Shown here piece by piece: positions 1 through 12,661 of a stretch of 64,000 nt of DNA. The notes beneath the pieces were generated by a model. That model saw only the letters and a list, made by a program, of their open reading frames with translations. It did no database searches and was not told the DNA's origin. A program made the position numbers and the translations under genes. Each line of letters opens with the position of its first letter. Position 1 is the first letter of the stretch. Source of the DNA: an uncultured Pseudomonadales bacterium (GTDB taxonomy: Bacteria > Patescibacteriota > Microgenomatia > UBA1400 > PJMF01); contig CAYWDM010000001.1 in assembly GCA_964457085.1 (NCBI GenBank), forward strand, positions 178,914 to 242,913, written 5' to 3'.

Positions 1-342
1 CTGAAAAATTACACAGAAGAAAGAGCTCTTAAAGCTTTTGACAAAACCCAGAACTCAGCTTACAGAATTATTGATAGCAAGGGTGCAACGTATTATGCAA
101 TTGGAGTTGTAGTCGCCCACATGGTTGAGACAATATTTTCTGACGCTCGCAGAGTCATGCCACTATCTATTCCATTACACGGCTTTTATGGACTTCATGG
201 CTTGGCGTTGAGTGCCCCCTGCATACTGGGGCGAGATGGAGTTCAGACAACACTAGAAATTAAACTTTCAGCCAAAGAACGAGAACAACTCTATCACTCC
301 GCAGAAATTCTGAAAAAAAATCTCCAGCTGAGCGGCATCTAA
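1..342 (+). CDS. ldh: L-lactate (or malate) dehydrogenase, C-terminal fragment; the gene begins upstream of the window
   Basis: Translation from nt 1 is in frame with the 73-aa track ORF. It reads ...AYRIIDSKGATYYAIGVVVAHMVETIFSDARRVMPLSIPLHGFYGLHG...SAKEREQLYHSAEILKKNL, a typical C-terminal region of LDH/MDH family proteins. Confidence 0.8.
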   Translation: MKNYTEERALKAFDKTQNSAYRIIDSKGATYYAIGVVVAHMVETIFSDARRVMPLSIPLHGFYGLHGLALSAPCILGRDGVQTTLEIKLSAKEREQLYHSAEILKKNLQLSGI

Positions 343-343
343 G

Positions 344-1198
344 CTACAGTTTTTGACAATCTGGACAATAATAAGTGCCCCGACCAGCAAGTGTTGTTTT
401 GATGATGCTGGTATTGCAGTTTTTGCATGGTTGACCAGCTCTACCGTATGCCAAAATTTCCTCTTGATAACCACCAGCAAATCCATCCACGCTCACATAT
501 TTTCCATCAAAGGTAGTGCCGTGCAACTCAATTCCACGCTGAATTACTTTTTTTGAGGTTTTTAGCAACAAATCTGACTGTTTTCTTGTTAACTCTTTGC
601 TTGGCAGATAGGGAGAAAGCTTTGCCAAATTCAAGGCATCACATGCATAGATATTACCAACTCCAGCGATAAACGTACCATCCATCAATCGTACTTTTAT
701 AGGTCGGCTTGTTCGCTGTAAACCCTGCCAAAAATATTCAGAATTTGCAGCTTCTGTATTAATATCTGGTCCATATTTTGCAAATTCTTGCTTTTTTTGA
801 GCCGCATCAACAATCTTCATCCAGCCGAAAACCCGCTGGTCATTAAAAAATAGAGTAGTGTCGGGATCTTCAAATCGAATGATCACTCTAGTGTGCGCAC
901 TTGGTAGTGTCTGCACCCAGTCTGCAGTCGGATGGCCACCACCAACTCGCTTGTCTCCGGACATGACAATTATCTGACCGGTCATTTTTAAATGCACTAG
1001 AATTGAATACTCGCCATCGGTATTTATTGATAGTATTTTGGCACCACGATCAACTCCTGTGATTTTTTTACCAATCACAGATTCTGTCAAGCCAACAAGA
1101 CTTTTTGATTTTATGACCTCAATCCCAACAATTCGCTGACCTATAATAACCTCAGTTAAGCGTCTACGAATTGTTTCCACTTCTGGTAATTCCGGCAT
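344..1198 (-). CDS. mutM: Formamidopyrimidine-DNA glycosylase (Fpg/MutM)
   Basis: The N-terminal MPELPEVETIRRRL motif (catalytic Pro2) lies 5 codons downstream of the track start. The C-terminus has a zinc finger, CxxC...CPDCQ. The track ORF is 344..1213; the start was trimmed to MPELPEVE. Confidence 0.85.
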   Translation of the reverse strand: MPELPEVETIRRRLTEVIIGQRIVGIEVIKSKSLVGLTESVIGKKITGVDRGAKILSINTDGEYSILVHLKMTGQIIVMSGDKRVGGGHPTADWVQTLPSAHTRVIIRFEDPDTTLFFNDQRVFGWMKIVDAAQKKQEFAKYGPDINTEAANSEYFWQGLQRTSRPIKVRLMDGTFIAGVGNIYACDALNLAKLSPYLPSKELTRKQSDLLLKTSKKVIQRGIELHGTTFDGKYVSVDGFAGGYQEEILAYGRAGQPCKNCNTSIIKTTLAGRGTYYCPDCQKL

Positions 1199-1224
1199 TA
1201 TTTCAGTCCACAATCGCCCACAGA

Positions 1225-4182
1225 TTATCCTCGATGTGTTGGTGCGTTAATCAAACCACATTTTTTGTATTTCAAGCCACTACCGCAAGGACACGGTTCA
1301 TTGCGACCAATTTTCGCAACTGCAGAACCTGGATTTGGTCGATTGGTCTGTGTTGTTTTGCCAAGAGCAGATGCTAAATCACCTAGTGACCCTTTGATCT
1401 GTCTCGGCGAGGCTGGAGCTGCACTGGGAATAGTAGCATCGGCAACTTCTTTTGCCAGACTTTCATTAATGTCTTCTTTTACCAATTTAATTTTGGTCGG
1501 CATGGTTTGAGACATTTGTGGAGCGGGTTGAATTCTAAAGATTCTTGATGCAATCGTCAGCTCAATCGAGCTCATCAATTCATCAAACATTGCAAAAGCC
1601 TCTTTTTGATATTCAGCCAATACGGTTCGCTTGTCACCACGCAGCCAAATACCATCTCGCAGATTATCAATCTCATCAAGATGATCCATCCATTTCTCAT
1701 CAATGGTTGAAAGAGTAGTGTATCGCTCAAGTTCTCGAGCCAATTCTAGTCCCAGACTCTTCTCACGTGAGGCATATGTTTGCTTAATTACATCCAAGAG
1801 CAAATCAATAACTGCATCTGCGTTTGACTGCTGACTAACTGTGTCACGCAACCGACTCTGAGAACCATCATCAAATGGAATAACCTTGATAAAATCCTTC
1901 ACTATTCCATCGCTGTCTGTCTGGTCAAAAGGCCCCGCTCCTCGTTGATTTACAATTGATCGTATTTCTTCTTCAATGTAGCCAAGAATTTCACTCTTAA
2001 GTGTCTCTGTTTCAGCATCGTTTGAAGTTTCACCAGCCATCTCCAGCAATCTACGTCGCTTACGATAAATGATTTCACGATGTTGATTCATGACATCATC
2101 AAACTCAACTAAGCGTTTACGTTGGTCAAAGAAAAATCCCTCGACTTTAACTTGTGCAGACTCAATAGATTTACTCACCATGCCATGCTCAATAGGCTGA
2201 TCTTCCTCAATCTTGAGAAAATCCATCACCTTCGCAATCTGTTCACCGCCGAAAATACGCATAATATCGTCATCAAGTGCTACAAAAAATTGTGAAGAGC
2301 CGGGATCACCTTGTCGACCAGATCGACCACGAAGCTGGTTATCAATACGTCGGGATTCATGACGCTCAGTGGCGATAATGCATAATCCACCAGCGGCAAC
2401 CACATCATCGTGTGCCTGTCGCCATTTATTGAGTGCTTTTTCATACTCACCCAATTTATAGTTAGCAGGATTAATATTTGAAGGTAAACCAAGTTTCTGG
2501 AACTCAGCGGGAATCTTGGTTTTTTCTTTTGACAACACTTTTTTACGATAATCTTTCAGTTCAGGCTTGGCACCACCTAAGACAATGTCAACACCACGGC
2601 CAGCAATATTTGTGGCTACAGTGATAGCATTCTGTTTGCCTGCGTCTGCGATGATAAATGCCTCTTTTTCGTGGTTCTTAGCATTCAATACCTGATGGAC
2701 AATGCCTTTGCGTTTCAGAAAGTTGGCGATTGTTTGATTATGCTCAATCGATCTGGTTCCAATTAGAATTGGCCTGCCGGTTTTGTGAATCTCTTCAACT
2801 TCCCGAGCAATTGCAGAGTATTTTGCAGCGGTAGATTTGTAAACCGCATCACCTTGATCTACACGAGTGACTGGTCGATGGGTTGGGATTACCAACACGT
2901 CTGTATGATAGATTTTATTGAACTCTTCTGCCTCAGTTGCAGCTGTACCAGTCATACCTGATAGTTTCTGGTAAAGCCGAAAGTAGTTTTGCAACGAAAT
3001 TGTTGCCAAAGTTCGCGATTCTTGTTGGATAGGCACACCTTCTTTAGCTTCGATAGACTGATGTAATCCATCTGAATAGCGACGACCATACATCAACCGA
3101 CCAGTGTGTTCATCAACGATGATGACTTGGTTGTCACGAACGATGTATTCACGATCTCTAAGATAGAGTGTGTTTGATTTCAATGCTGACTCGACGTGGT
3201 GGATGGTGTCGAAACTCTCTTCGTATAAATTCTTAACCCCGAGTTTTTGCTCGATGCGCTTCACACCCAAGTCAGTCAAAGTAACATTTTTGGCTTTTTC
3301 GTCAATCTTATAATCTTGGTCACGAACCAAAGATTTGACCATGTGTGCAAACTCAAAATACTGTCTGGTGGGTTCGCTGTCCGGAGCAGAAATAATCAGT
3401 GGAGTACGTGCCTCATCAATCAAAATTGAGTCAGCCTCATCGACAATTGCATAGTGGTGACCACTCTCTGATCGCTGTACCATTTGGCCCAAAGACTGAA
3501 CCATATTGTCACGTAAATAATCGAAGCCAAACTCGTTATTTGTTCCATACGTGATGTCCGCACTATACGCATCTTTTCGCGACACAACTCTAAAATGCTC
3601 CAACCGCTCATCACCACGCTCTTCACTGTCAACTTCAGGATCATAGACTTTAGCCTGATCATGAATAATAACTGCGGTGGTTAGTCCTAAAAAGTGATAA
3701 ATTGGACCCATCCAACCAACGCCAACCTCAGCCAAGTAGTCATTTACAGTCACTAAATGTGAACCTTTACCTAGCAACGAATTCAAATAGAGTGGAGCAG
3801 AAACGGTTAAAGTTTTACCCTCACCAGTTTTTTGTTCGGTAATGTTGCCATAGTGCAACGCCACACCTGCAAGTAACTGCACATCGAAATGTCGCATGCC
3901 TAAAACTCGCTTTGAGACCTCACGAACAGTTGCGAACACCTCAGGCATTAATTGTTCAAGTACGGCTGCTTCAGCTTGTTTCACCTGCAGCTCGCTACTC
4001 TGATCAACCCCAGAAAGTGCCTCTGCAATGCGATCCTTAAAAACCTTGGTCTGTTTGGCTAACTGGGTATCACTGAGTTTACTGAGTGCAGGCTCAAAGG
4101 TGTTGATTTGATCAACTACTTTTTGGAATTTTCCAAGTTTTCGTTTATTTTCGTCAAATAAATCTGTAAAAAATTTAAGCAT
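1225..4182 (-). CDS. secA: Preprotein translocase ATPase SecA
   Basis: 985 aa. It carries DEAD-like motor motifs (TGEGKT, DEADSILIDEARTPLIIS). The C-terminal zinc-binding tail reads CPCGSGLKYKKCG. Confidence 0.95.
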   Translation of the reverse strand: MLKFFTDLFDENKRKLGKFQKVVDQINTFEPALSKLSDTQLAKQTKVFKDRIAEALSGVDQSSELQVKQAEAAVLEQLMPEVFATVREVSKRVLGMRHFDVQLLAGVALHYGNITEQKTGEGKTLTVSAPLYLNSLLGKGSHLVTVNDYLAEVGVGWMGPIYHFLGLTTAVIIHDQAKVYDPEVDSEERGDERLEHFRVVSRKDAYSADITYGTNNEFGFDYLRDNMVQSLGQMVQRSESGHHYAIVDEADSILIDEARTPLIISAPDSEPTRQYFEFAHMVKSLVRDQDYKIDEKAKNVTLTDLGVKRIEQKLGVKNLYEESFDTIHHVESALKSNTLYLRDREYIVRDNQVIIVDEHTGRLMYGRRYSDGLHQSIEAKEGVPIQQESRTLATISLQNYFRLYQKLSGMTGTAATEAEEFNKIYHTDVLVIPTHRPVTRVDQGDAVYKSTAAKYSAIAREVEEIHKTGRPILIGTRSIEHNQTIANFLKRKGIVHQVLNAKNHEKEAFIIADAGKQNAITVATNIAGRGVDIVLGGAKPELKDYRKKVLSKEKTKIPAEFQKLGLPSNINPANYKLGEYEKALNKWRQAHDDVVAAGGLCIIATERHESRRIDNQLRGRSGRQGDPGSSQFFVALDDDIMRIFGGEQIAKVMDFLKIEEDQPIEHGMVSKSIESAQVKVEGFFFDQRKRLVEFDDVMNQHREIIYRKRRRLLEMAGETSNDAETETLKSEILGYIEEEIRSIVNQRGAGPFDQTDSDGIVKDFIKVIPFDDGSQSRLRDTVSQQSNADAVIDLLLDVIKQTYASREKSLGLELARELERYTTLSTIDEKWMDHLDEIDNLRDGIWLRGDKRTVLAEYQKEAFAMFDELMSSIELTIASRIFRIQPAPQMSQTMPTKIKLVKEDINESLAKEVADATIPSAAPASPRQIKGSLGDLASALGKTTQTNRPNPGSAVAKIGRNEPCPCGSGLKYKKCGLINAPTHRG

Positions 4183-4293
4183 AATTATGTAGTAGCACAG
4201 CTACTCCTTTTCAAACTGACTCATAGTAGTATAGGCAGAATTAATAGCTTTACAACCACTAGCAACTCGAGAAAACAAGGCTTGATATCTTGG

Positions 4294-5574
4294 TTATTTT
4301 TCACCAGTAATCAAGCTTTTTCCCATATATGACTGCAATACTTGTGGCACAATTATTGAGCCATCAGCTTGTTGGTAATTCTCCACAATTGCTGCTAGTA
4401 ACCGAGGGGTAGCAGCAACAGTATTGTTGAGAGTATAGACAAATTTTGTGGTGCCATCTTTAGCACGATACTTAATATTCAAGCGTCTGGCTTGAAAATC
4501 ATTGAAATAACTTGCTGAGTGAGTCTCACGATATTTACCCTGTGATGGGAACCAAGTTTCGATGTCATATTTCTTACGCTGACCAGCACCCATATCTCCA
4601 GAGCACATTAAGAGTACTTGGTATGATAAACCCAGATCTTTCAATAATTGCTCCGAGAAACCTACCATTTTCTGGTGCCACTCGCGGGTTAAGTCCTCGT
4701 CAGCGACGGTATAAACCACTTGCTCCACCTTGTTAAACTGGTGTACTCGAATTACACCCTGAGTATCCTTGCCATACGTACCGACTTCTCGTCTGAAACA
4801 AGGGGATAAACCCACCATTTTGATTGGCAAATCTGATTCGTTGAGAACTTCATCTTGATAGTATGCAGTTAACGCAACTTCAGCTGTTCCAGCTAAAATT
4901 TGACCATCTTGTGTTTTGTAGTGATCTTCTTTGCCCCAAGGGAAATAGCCGGTGCCACTCATGGCCTCAGTGTTGACTAGAACAGGAGCTCCAATGGGCA
5001 TGAAACCCTGTTTAATCATTAAATCCATGGCGTAATGGAGTATCGCTTGTTCAAGTAAGAAACCATCATTTTGCAAGAAATAGGTTCTAAACCCACCAAT
5101 TTTCACTGCTCTTTTAGTCTCAAGCATCTTGAGATTTTCCATCAGTTCATGATGCTGCTTGGGAACAAATTCAAATTTTGGTAGCTCGCCCTCTTGGCGA
5201 ACCACCTGATTGCCTGATTCATCTGGTGCAATCGGAACATCGGCTGCAGGAACATTAGGAACGCAGAGCAGTGCTTCTTTGAACTCAGTCTCAGCTGCCT
5301 GCAAGGTTGGCTCGAGTTCTTTTAATTGAGCCTTCAATTTCTTACCAATTTCAATCTGCTCACTGGTAGGTTTGCCGCCAGTTTTGACTGCTTGCTTCAC
5401 ATCCTCAACATTAGCATTTGCCTCAGCTCGAATTTTTTCAACTTGAACCAATAATTGCCTACGCCTGGAATCAACATCCAACAGGGTATCCACCACTTTT
5501 GAGTCCAGCTGTTTGTCGCTGCAACCTTGTTTTACTTGTTCTGCGTTGGCTCGAATAAAAGCTATGTCTAACAT
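4294..5574 (-). CDS. serS: Seryl-tRNA synthetase
   Basis: 426 aa. An N-terminal coiled-coil arm is followed by a class II aaRS core with SerRS-like motifs. Confidence 0.9.
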   Translation of the reverse strand: MLDIAFIRANAEQVKQGCSDKQLDSKVVDTLLDVDSRRRQLLVQVEKIRAEANANVEDVKQAVKTGGKPTSEQIEIGKKLKAQLKELEPTLQAAETEFKEALLCVPNVPAADVPIAPDESGNQVVRQEGELPKFEFVPKQHHELMENLKMLETKRAVKIGGFRTYFLQNDGFLLEQAILHYAMDLMIKQGFMPIGAPVLVNTEAMSGTGYFPWGKEDHYKTQDGQILAGTAEVALTAYYQDEVLNESDLPIKMVGLSPCFRREVGTYGKDTQGVIRVHQFNKVEQVVYTVADEDLTREWHQKMVGFSEQLLKDLGLSYQVLLMCSGDMGAGQRKKYDIETWFPSQGKYRETHSASYFNDFQARRLNIKYRAKDGTTKFVYTLNNTVAATPRLLAAIVENYQQADGSIIVPQVLQSYMGKSLITGEK

Positions 5575-5593
5575 GATTCATTCCCTTTTTAAG

Positions 5594-7708
5594 TTACTTT
5601 TTCATGGCTTGAAATACCTGGATTAAAAAAGCAATGTGATCTTCAGGTGTTTTGCCAATTAATTCAAATCCTTGAGCAATGTCAGCTCGACTGACATTGG
5701 CAGCGAAAGCCTTATCTTTAATTTTTTTCTTGATTGATTTAACTTCCATCCCCTCAAAACCAGTGGGTCGAAGTATCGACGCGGCATGCATCAAACCTGA
5801 GAGTTCATCGCAGGCAAAAAGGTATTTGTCGAGCATGGTACTCGCAGTTACTCCAGTACGATCTGGTGCATGTGCCAAAATTGCTTGTCGCAGCTCAACT
5901 GGGTATTTCTCTAACATTTCCGCAACTGCTTTGTTTGGGTGTTCGTCTGGAAATGCTTCCCAGTCAACATCGTGAAGCAATCCTGTTTGATACCATAACT
6001 CAGTGTCCTGTCCCAAAGCTTTTGCATATGTCTCCATAGCCGCAGCAACCATTCGGCAATGGTGAGCTAACTTATCGTTCTTAATATACTGCTCAACAAG
6101 CACCTCGGCTTCACTGCGAGCGGGGAGAGTGCCACCTGGTGTGAGCTGTATAGAAACTGTTTGTGCTGGCTTGCCATGATCAACTGTCGCAGTTTTTTGG
6201 GCTGTCCCACCTGCCTGAGGTGTTGCTGTTTGGTTTTTCACTGGTCTCAAAGTTGGAAATGCGATCACCTCTCGAATACTCCAGGTATTTGTCAAAAACA
6301 TCACCAAGCGATCAATGCCAATGCCAATGCCACCGAGTGGAGGCATGCCATGCTCCATTGCCTCCAAAAAATCTTCATCAACTGGATGGGCCTCGCTGTC
6401 ACCCTGGCGCATATGTTTCTGTTCATTTTCAAAGCGTGAGCGCTGGTCTAACGCATCAGTAATCTCACTCCAGCCATCACCAATTTCCTTGCCCGCAATA
6501 TATCCCTCAAATCGCTCAACTAAGTCTGGGTTAATTCGGTGCTGCTTAGATAATGGACTGACCTCCTTAGGATAATCAATAATCCAAGTTGGTTGAATCA
6601 AATGTCTTGGCACTAAGTGATCGAAAATCGAAAAGATTGCCTTACCACGATTGAACTCGCCAATTGGCTTGAGGTTATTTTCGGTCAATATCTTTTGTAG
6701 CTGAGCATCATCGGTCTCACTCAATTTAATACCAGTGTACTGCTCCAGTGCCGACTCCATCGTCAATCTTGGCCACTTCACACCAACGTCAATCTCATGT
6801 TCCATCACTTTCAACTTTGAGCCACCATGTAGTTTACCAACTAAATGCTTTACCAAGCCTTCAGTCACATCCATCATTCGATGATAATCAGCATATGCTT
6901 CATACCATTCAATCATGGTAAATTCTGGTTGGTGAGTTTGATCAATACCTTCATTACGGAAATTGCGAGCAATCTCGAAGATTCGTTCGTAACCACCAAC
7001 GATCAATCGTTTGAGATATAGCTCAGGTGCCAATCGCAAGTAATAGTTAGTATCAAGTGCATTCATATGCGTGGTAAATGGCTTAGCATTTGTTCCACCA
7101 TACAATGCTTGCAACACTGGAGTTTCAACCTCTACAAAGTTGTGTTCATCCTGCAGATAACGACGTATTTCTTTTTCAATCAGCCACCGAGCATCTAAAA
7201 TCTTGCGCACATCTTCATTTACGAGCATATCTAAATAACGCTTACGGAATCGAACTTCTTTGTCTTCTGCTTGGTTCCATTCTGTGGGTAGTGGACGCAG
7301 TGCTTTGCCCAAAAAATCCATCTTGGATGCCATAACTGTCAACTCGCCTGTCTTGGTACGACCAACTTCACCCGCCACACCCAAAAAATCGCCTGCATCA
7401 ATATTGGCTAACAAAGCATATGACTCTTCGCCAAGTTTTTCTTGATGTAGCATCACCTGCATCTTGCCAGTTGAATCAGCTAAGTTGAGAAAAGAAACCT
7501 TACCATGCGATCGCAGCGACATAATTCTGCCAGCAGTAGTGATACTCTGACCCTCCGCCAATAATGCCTGTTTAATGGTATGAGATTTAGCGAACGAGTA
7601 GGGATGGGCTAATACACCAGCTTTTTCTAAAGCTTGGCGCTTTTCCTTCTTTGCTTGAATGGTTTCATCGATTCTAGACATATATCTTTCTCCGTATGTA
7701 CCAGGCAA
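5594..7708 (-). CDS. lysS: Lysyl-tRNA synthetase (class II) with a C-terminal HD-domain extension (YqeK-like phosphohydrolase domain)
   Basis: The N-terminal ~500 aa is typical LysRS, with an OB anticodon-binding domain and class II motifs. The C-terminal ~185 aa (nt 5594..~6151) contains H...HHCRMVAAAMETYAKALG...LLHDVDW and AILAHAPDRTG, resembling HD-superfamily YqeK-type hydrolases. Confidence 0.85.
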   Translation of the reverse strand: MPGTYGERYMSRIDETIQAKKEKRQALEKAGVLAHPYSFAKSHTIKQALLAEGQSITTAGRIMSLRSHGKVSFLNLADSTGKMQVMLHQEKLGEESYALLANIDAGDFLGVAGEVGRTKTGELTVMASKMDFLGKALRPLPTEWNQAEDKEVRFRKRYLDMLVNEDVRKILDARWLIEKEIRRYLQDEHNFVEVETPVLQALYGGTNAKPFTTHMNALDTNYYLRLAPELYLKRLIVGGYERIFEIARNFRNEGIDQTHQPEFTMIEWYEAYADYHRMMDVTEGLVKHLVGKLHGGSKLKVMEHEIDVGVKWPRLTMESALEQYTGIKLSETDDAQLQKILTENNLKPIGEFNRGKAIFSIFDHLVPRHLIQPTWIIDYPKEVSPLSKQHRINPDLVERFEGYIAGKEIGDGWSEITDALDQRSRFENEQKHMRQGDSEAHPVDEDFLEAMEHGMPPLGGIGIGIDRLVMFLTNTWSIREVIAFPTLRPVKNQTATPQAGGTAQKTATVDHGKPAQTVSIQLTPGGTLPARSEAEVLVEQYIKNDKLAHHCRMVAAAMETYAKALGQDTELWYQTGLLHDVDWEAFPDEHPNKAVAEMLEKYPVELRQAILAHAPDRTGVTASTMLDKYLFACDELSGLMHAASILRPTGFEGMEVKSIKKKIKDKAFAANVSRADIAQGFELIGKTPEDHIAFLIQVFQAMKK

Positions 7709-7750
7709 TTGTATCAGAAATCAGCACAGCTAGAGGAGAAGTCTGATTAC

Positions 7751-7776
7751 CAAAAACCCCGCTTGGTAGCGGGGTG
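7751..7776 (-). terminator. Rho-independent terminator downstream of greA
   Basis: Plus-strand sequence aaaaaccccgcttggtagcggggtg. On the minus strand a GC-rich hairpin (ccccgc/gcgggg) is followed by a T-run. Confidence 0.5.
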
Positions 7777-7797
7777 TAATTGCTTGTTATTTTTTAC

Positions 7798-8280
7798 TTA
7801 TTTGATGTCAGTAATGGTATAAACAATTTCTCCCGCTGGGGCTTTAACAGTGACTGAGTCACCTTTATTTTTACCCATGATGGCTTTACCCATGGGTGAC
7901 ACGCTAGAAACTTTACCTGAATCAGGATCAGACTCAAATTCACCGACTACGGTAATGGTCAACTTTTTGGTTGTACCTTTGAGTGTCAATGTCACCACTG
8001 AACCCATACCAATTGAGGATCCGGATTTCTTATTGGCAACAACTTTTGCCTTAGAAATAATCTCTTCTATATCGAAAATACGTGCCTCAGCAATCGATTG
8101 CTCATCCATTGCACTTTGATAATCAGCGTTTTCGCTTAAATCGCCCTGTTCTCTGGCATTTGCGACACGCTCAATGATCTTAGGCAATCTATTTTTGACC
8201 AATTCATGTAGTTCTTGATTTAATTCATCAAGACCAACTTGAGTCAGTTGAATTGTGGTTTGACTAGCTTTGTCTGGCAT
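7798..8280 (-). CDS. greA: Transcription elongation factor GreA
   Basis: 160 aa. The N-terminal coiled-coil region contains the EQGDLSENADY acidic tip motif. A C-terminal FKBP-like domain follows. Confidence 0.9.
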   Translation of the reverse strand: MPDKASQTTIQLTQVGLDELNQELHELVKNRLPKIIERVANAREQGDLSENADYQSAMDEQSIAEARIFDIEEIISKAKVVANKKSGSSIGMGSVVTLTLKGTTKKLTITVVGEFESDPDSGKVSSVSPMGKAIMGKNKGDSVTVKAPAGEIVYTITDIK

Positions 8281-8362
8281 ACAAAAAGTAGTATAACTAC
8301 TTTTAAAGACCGCGCAAGAGGGGCAGAATTAAATTTTTCGAATCTGAAGCTAAAAATTCTGA

Positions 8363-8782
8363 TTAAATACTGGTTTTTCGAGTGCGCTGAGCTAATCTGA
8401 GCTCCAACATTGCTTGTCGTAGCGAGGCTTCAGCCATCATCATTTCTCGTTGATCTACAGTTTTACTCATTGTTTCATTTGCAGCTGCGACGGCAGCTTG
8501 AGCTTTTTGGACACTGATTTCACGATCTAATACTGCACTGTCTACAAGTACTGCTACCTGTTTTTTCCCAGCCACATCTAGAAACCCAGAAGATACGACT
8601 AAAAAGTGCTCGACCTTATTTTGTCGGTACGTCATTACACCCGGACTCACTTTTGTAAATAGTGGGACGTGCTCGGGAAGAATCGTTAGTTCACCACCGA
8701 CGGTTGGGATAGTGATGGAATCCACTTGCTCTGAAAGCAGTTGCTTCTCTTGAGAAATTACTTGTAATAAGAATTGCTTCAT
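8363..8782 (-). CDS. atpC: F1 ATP synthase epsilon subunit
   Basis: 139 aa. It lies at the end of the atp operon and has an epsilon-like beta-sandwich followed by a helical C-terminus. Confidence 0.85.
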   Translation of the reverse strand: MKQFLLQVISQEKQLLSEQVDSITIPTVGGELTILPEHVPLFTKVSPGVMTYRQNKVEHFLVVSSGFLDVAGKKQVAVLVDSAVLDREISVQKAQAAVAAANETMSKTVDQREMMMAEASLRQAMLELRLAQRTRKTSI

Positions 8783-8788
8783 ACCGTT

Positions 8789-11103
<2,315 letters not shown>

Positions 11104-11118
11104 AGCGTGCCTCGAACC

Positions 11119-12654
11119 TTAGTCTTCCACCATTAATAGATCACGGTTAAATGAATTGAAATTAGTAATCATTTCGTTAATTTTTGCCTCGAGCTCGGGA
11201 CTGACTTTTTTCTCTGTGGCGATCTCTCTGAGCATTTCTGATTGGGTAGTTCGGAAATATTCTGTATATCTACGTTCCCACTCAGCAAGTTGGTCTTCTT
11301 CGACAGTGTCTAGATATCCCTTAACAGCTGCAAAAATAATTAACACCTGTTCCTCAACCTTTAATGGTTTGTCCCAACCCTGCTTGAGTACTGCATTAAC
11401 TCTTTGACCTCGAGCTAATTGGGATTTGGTTTTATCATCAAGATCTGAACTAAATTGTGCAAAAGCTTGCAGCTCACGGAACTGTGCCAAATCAAGCTTC
11501 ATGGTTCCAGCGACTTGCTTCATGGCTTTGGTCTGAGCAGCACTACCCACACGAGATACTGATAAACCAACGTTGATAGCTGGTTTCATTCCCGAGTTAA
11601 ATAGATCGGTTTCGAGATAAATTTGACCGTCGGTGATAGAAATTACGTTAGTTGGAATATATGCCGAAACGTCATTTGCCTGAGTCTCAATCACTGGCAG
11701 TGCAGTTATAGAACCACCACCATTGTCCTCATTGAGTCGGCAAGCACGCTCCAGTAGGCGAGAGTGGAGATAGAAAACATCTCCAGGATATGCCTCACGA
11801 CCTGATGGACGGCGAAGCAATAATGAAATCTCACGGTATGCCTGGGCATGCTTGGTGAGGTCATCATAAATAATTAAAACGTCTTTACCTTTTTCTAAGA
11901 AATATTCAGCAACTGCCAATCCAGAATACGGTGCCAAAAATTGTTCGGAAGCACTATCTGACGCGGTTGCAGAAACAATCACGGTATAGGCCATGGCTCC
12001 ACGCTCTTCCAGCAATTGCTTAGTCTGAGCTAACGAAGATTTTTTCTGACCAATACACACGTAGACACAAATCACACCCAAACCTTGTTGGTTAAGAATA
12101 GTGCCAAGTGCGATAGCGGTTTTTCCAGTAGCACGATCACCGATAATCAGCTCACGCTGACCACGACCAATAGGAATCATGGCATCAATTGCCTTAACAC
12201 CAGTTTGTAATGGCTCAGTGACTGATTTGCGAGTCATAACACCGGGAGCTACTCGCTCTAGCAACATATACTTATCTATCGAAAAAGTACCCTTACCATC
12301 AATTGGACGACCCAGACTGTCTAAAACTCTGCCCATCACACCTTCACCCACGCCAACCGATAATACGCGACCAGTGCGCTTAACTGTGTCTCCGACACTC
12401 AAATCCTTAGTATTACCAAGAACCACTAAACCAACAGATTCTTTTTCGAGATTTAAAGCAAGAGCGAATCGATCTTGTCCAAGATCAACCAATTCGCCTG
12501 ATTGCACATCTTCAAGTCCTGATGCCTTAATAACACCATCAGAAAAAGAGAGTATTTTGCCAACAGACTCGATTTTTGGATTGAGTTTTACTCCTGATAT
12601 TTTCTCTATTAGATTTGTAGAAAAAACTGAGCTGGACTGGGTTGAGTTTTTCAT
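11119..12654 (-). CDS. atpA: F1 ATP synthase alpha subunit
   Basis: It contains the Walker A motif GDRATGKT and alpha-subunit conserved blocks. Confidence 0.95.
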   Translation of the reverse strand: MKNSTQSSSVFSTNLIEKISGVKLNPKIESVGKILSFSDGVIKASGLEDVQSGELVDLGQDRFALALNLEKESVGLVVLGNTKDLSVGDTVKRTGRVLSVGVGEGVMGRVLDSLGRPIDGKGTFSIDKYMLLERVAPGVMTRKSVTEPLQTGVKAIDAMIPIGRGQRELIIGDRATGKTAIALGTILNQQGLGVICVYVCIGQKKSSLAQTKQLLEERGAMAYTVIVSATASDSASEQFLAPYSGLAVAEYFLEKGKDVLIIYDDLTKHAQAYREISLLLRRPSGREAYPGDVFYLHSRLLERACRLNEDNGGGSITALPVIETQANDVSAYIPTNVISITDGQIYLETDLFNSGMKPAINVGLSVSRVGSAAQTKAMKQVAGTMKLDLAQFRELQAFAQFSSDLDDKTKSQLARGQRVNAVLKQGWDKPLKVEEQVLIIFAAVKGYLDTVEEDQLAEWERRYTEYFRTTQSEMLREIATEKKVSPELEAKINEMITNFNSFNRDLLMVED

Positions 12655-12661
12655 AAAATAA

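Noticed and set aside
1265-1510. Numerous 60-180-aa ORFs on the opposite strand inside long genes (for example 1265..1510, 2280..2492, 5679..5975, 6161..6575, 12179..12661, 14938..15252, 19448..20011, 36684..37925, 39344..39667).
   Set aside because: They lie fully inside well-supported conserved genes on the other strand. Their composition is low-complexity and biased, which is typical of antisense frames. They have no RBS or motif support.
8283-8303. An AT-rich hairpin (aaaagtagtataactactttt) between atpC and greA, as a possible terminator.
   Set aside because: The stem is almost entirely A/T and there is no distinct U-tract beyond the stem. It is too weak to call. It is mentioned only as a possible attenuator.
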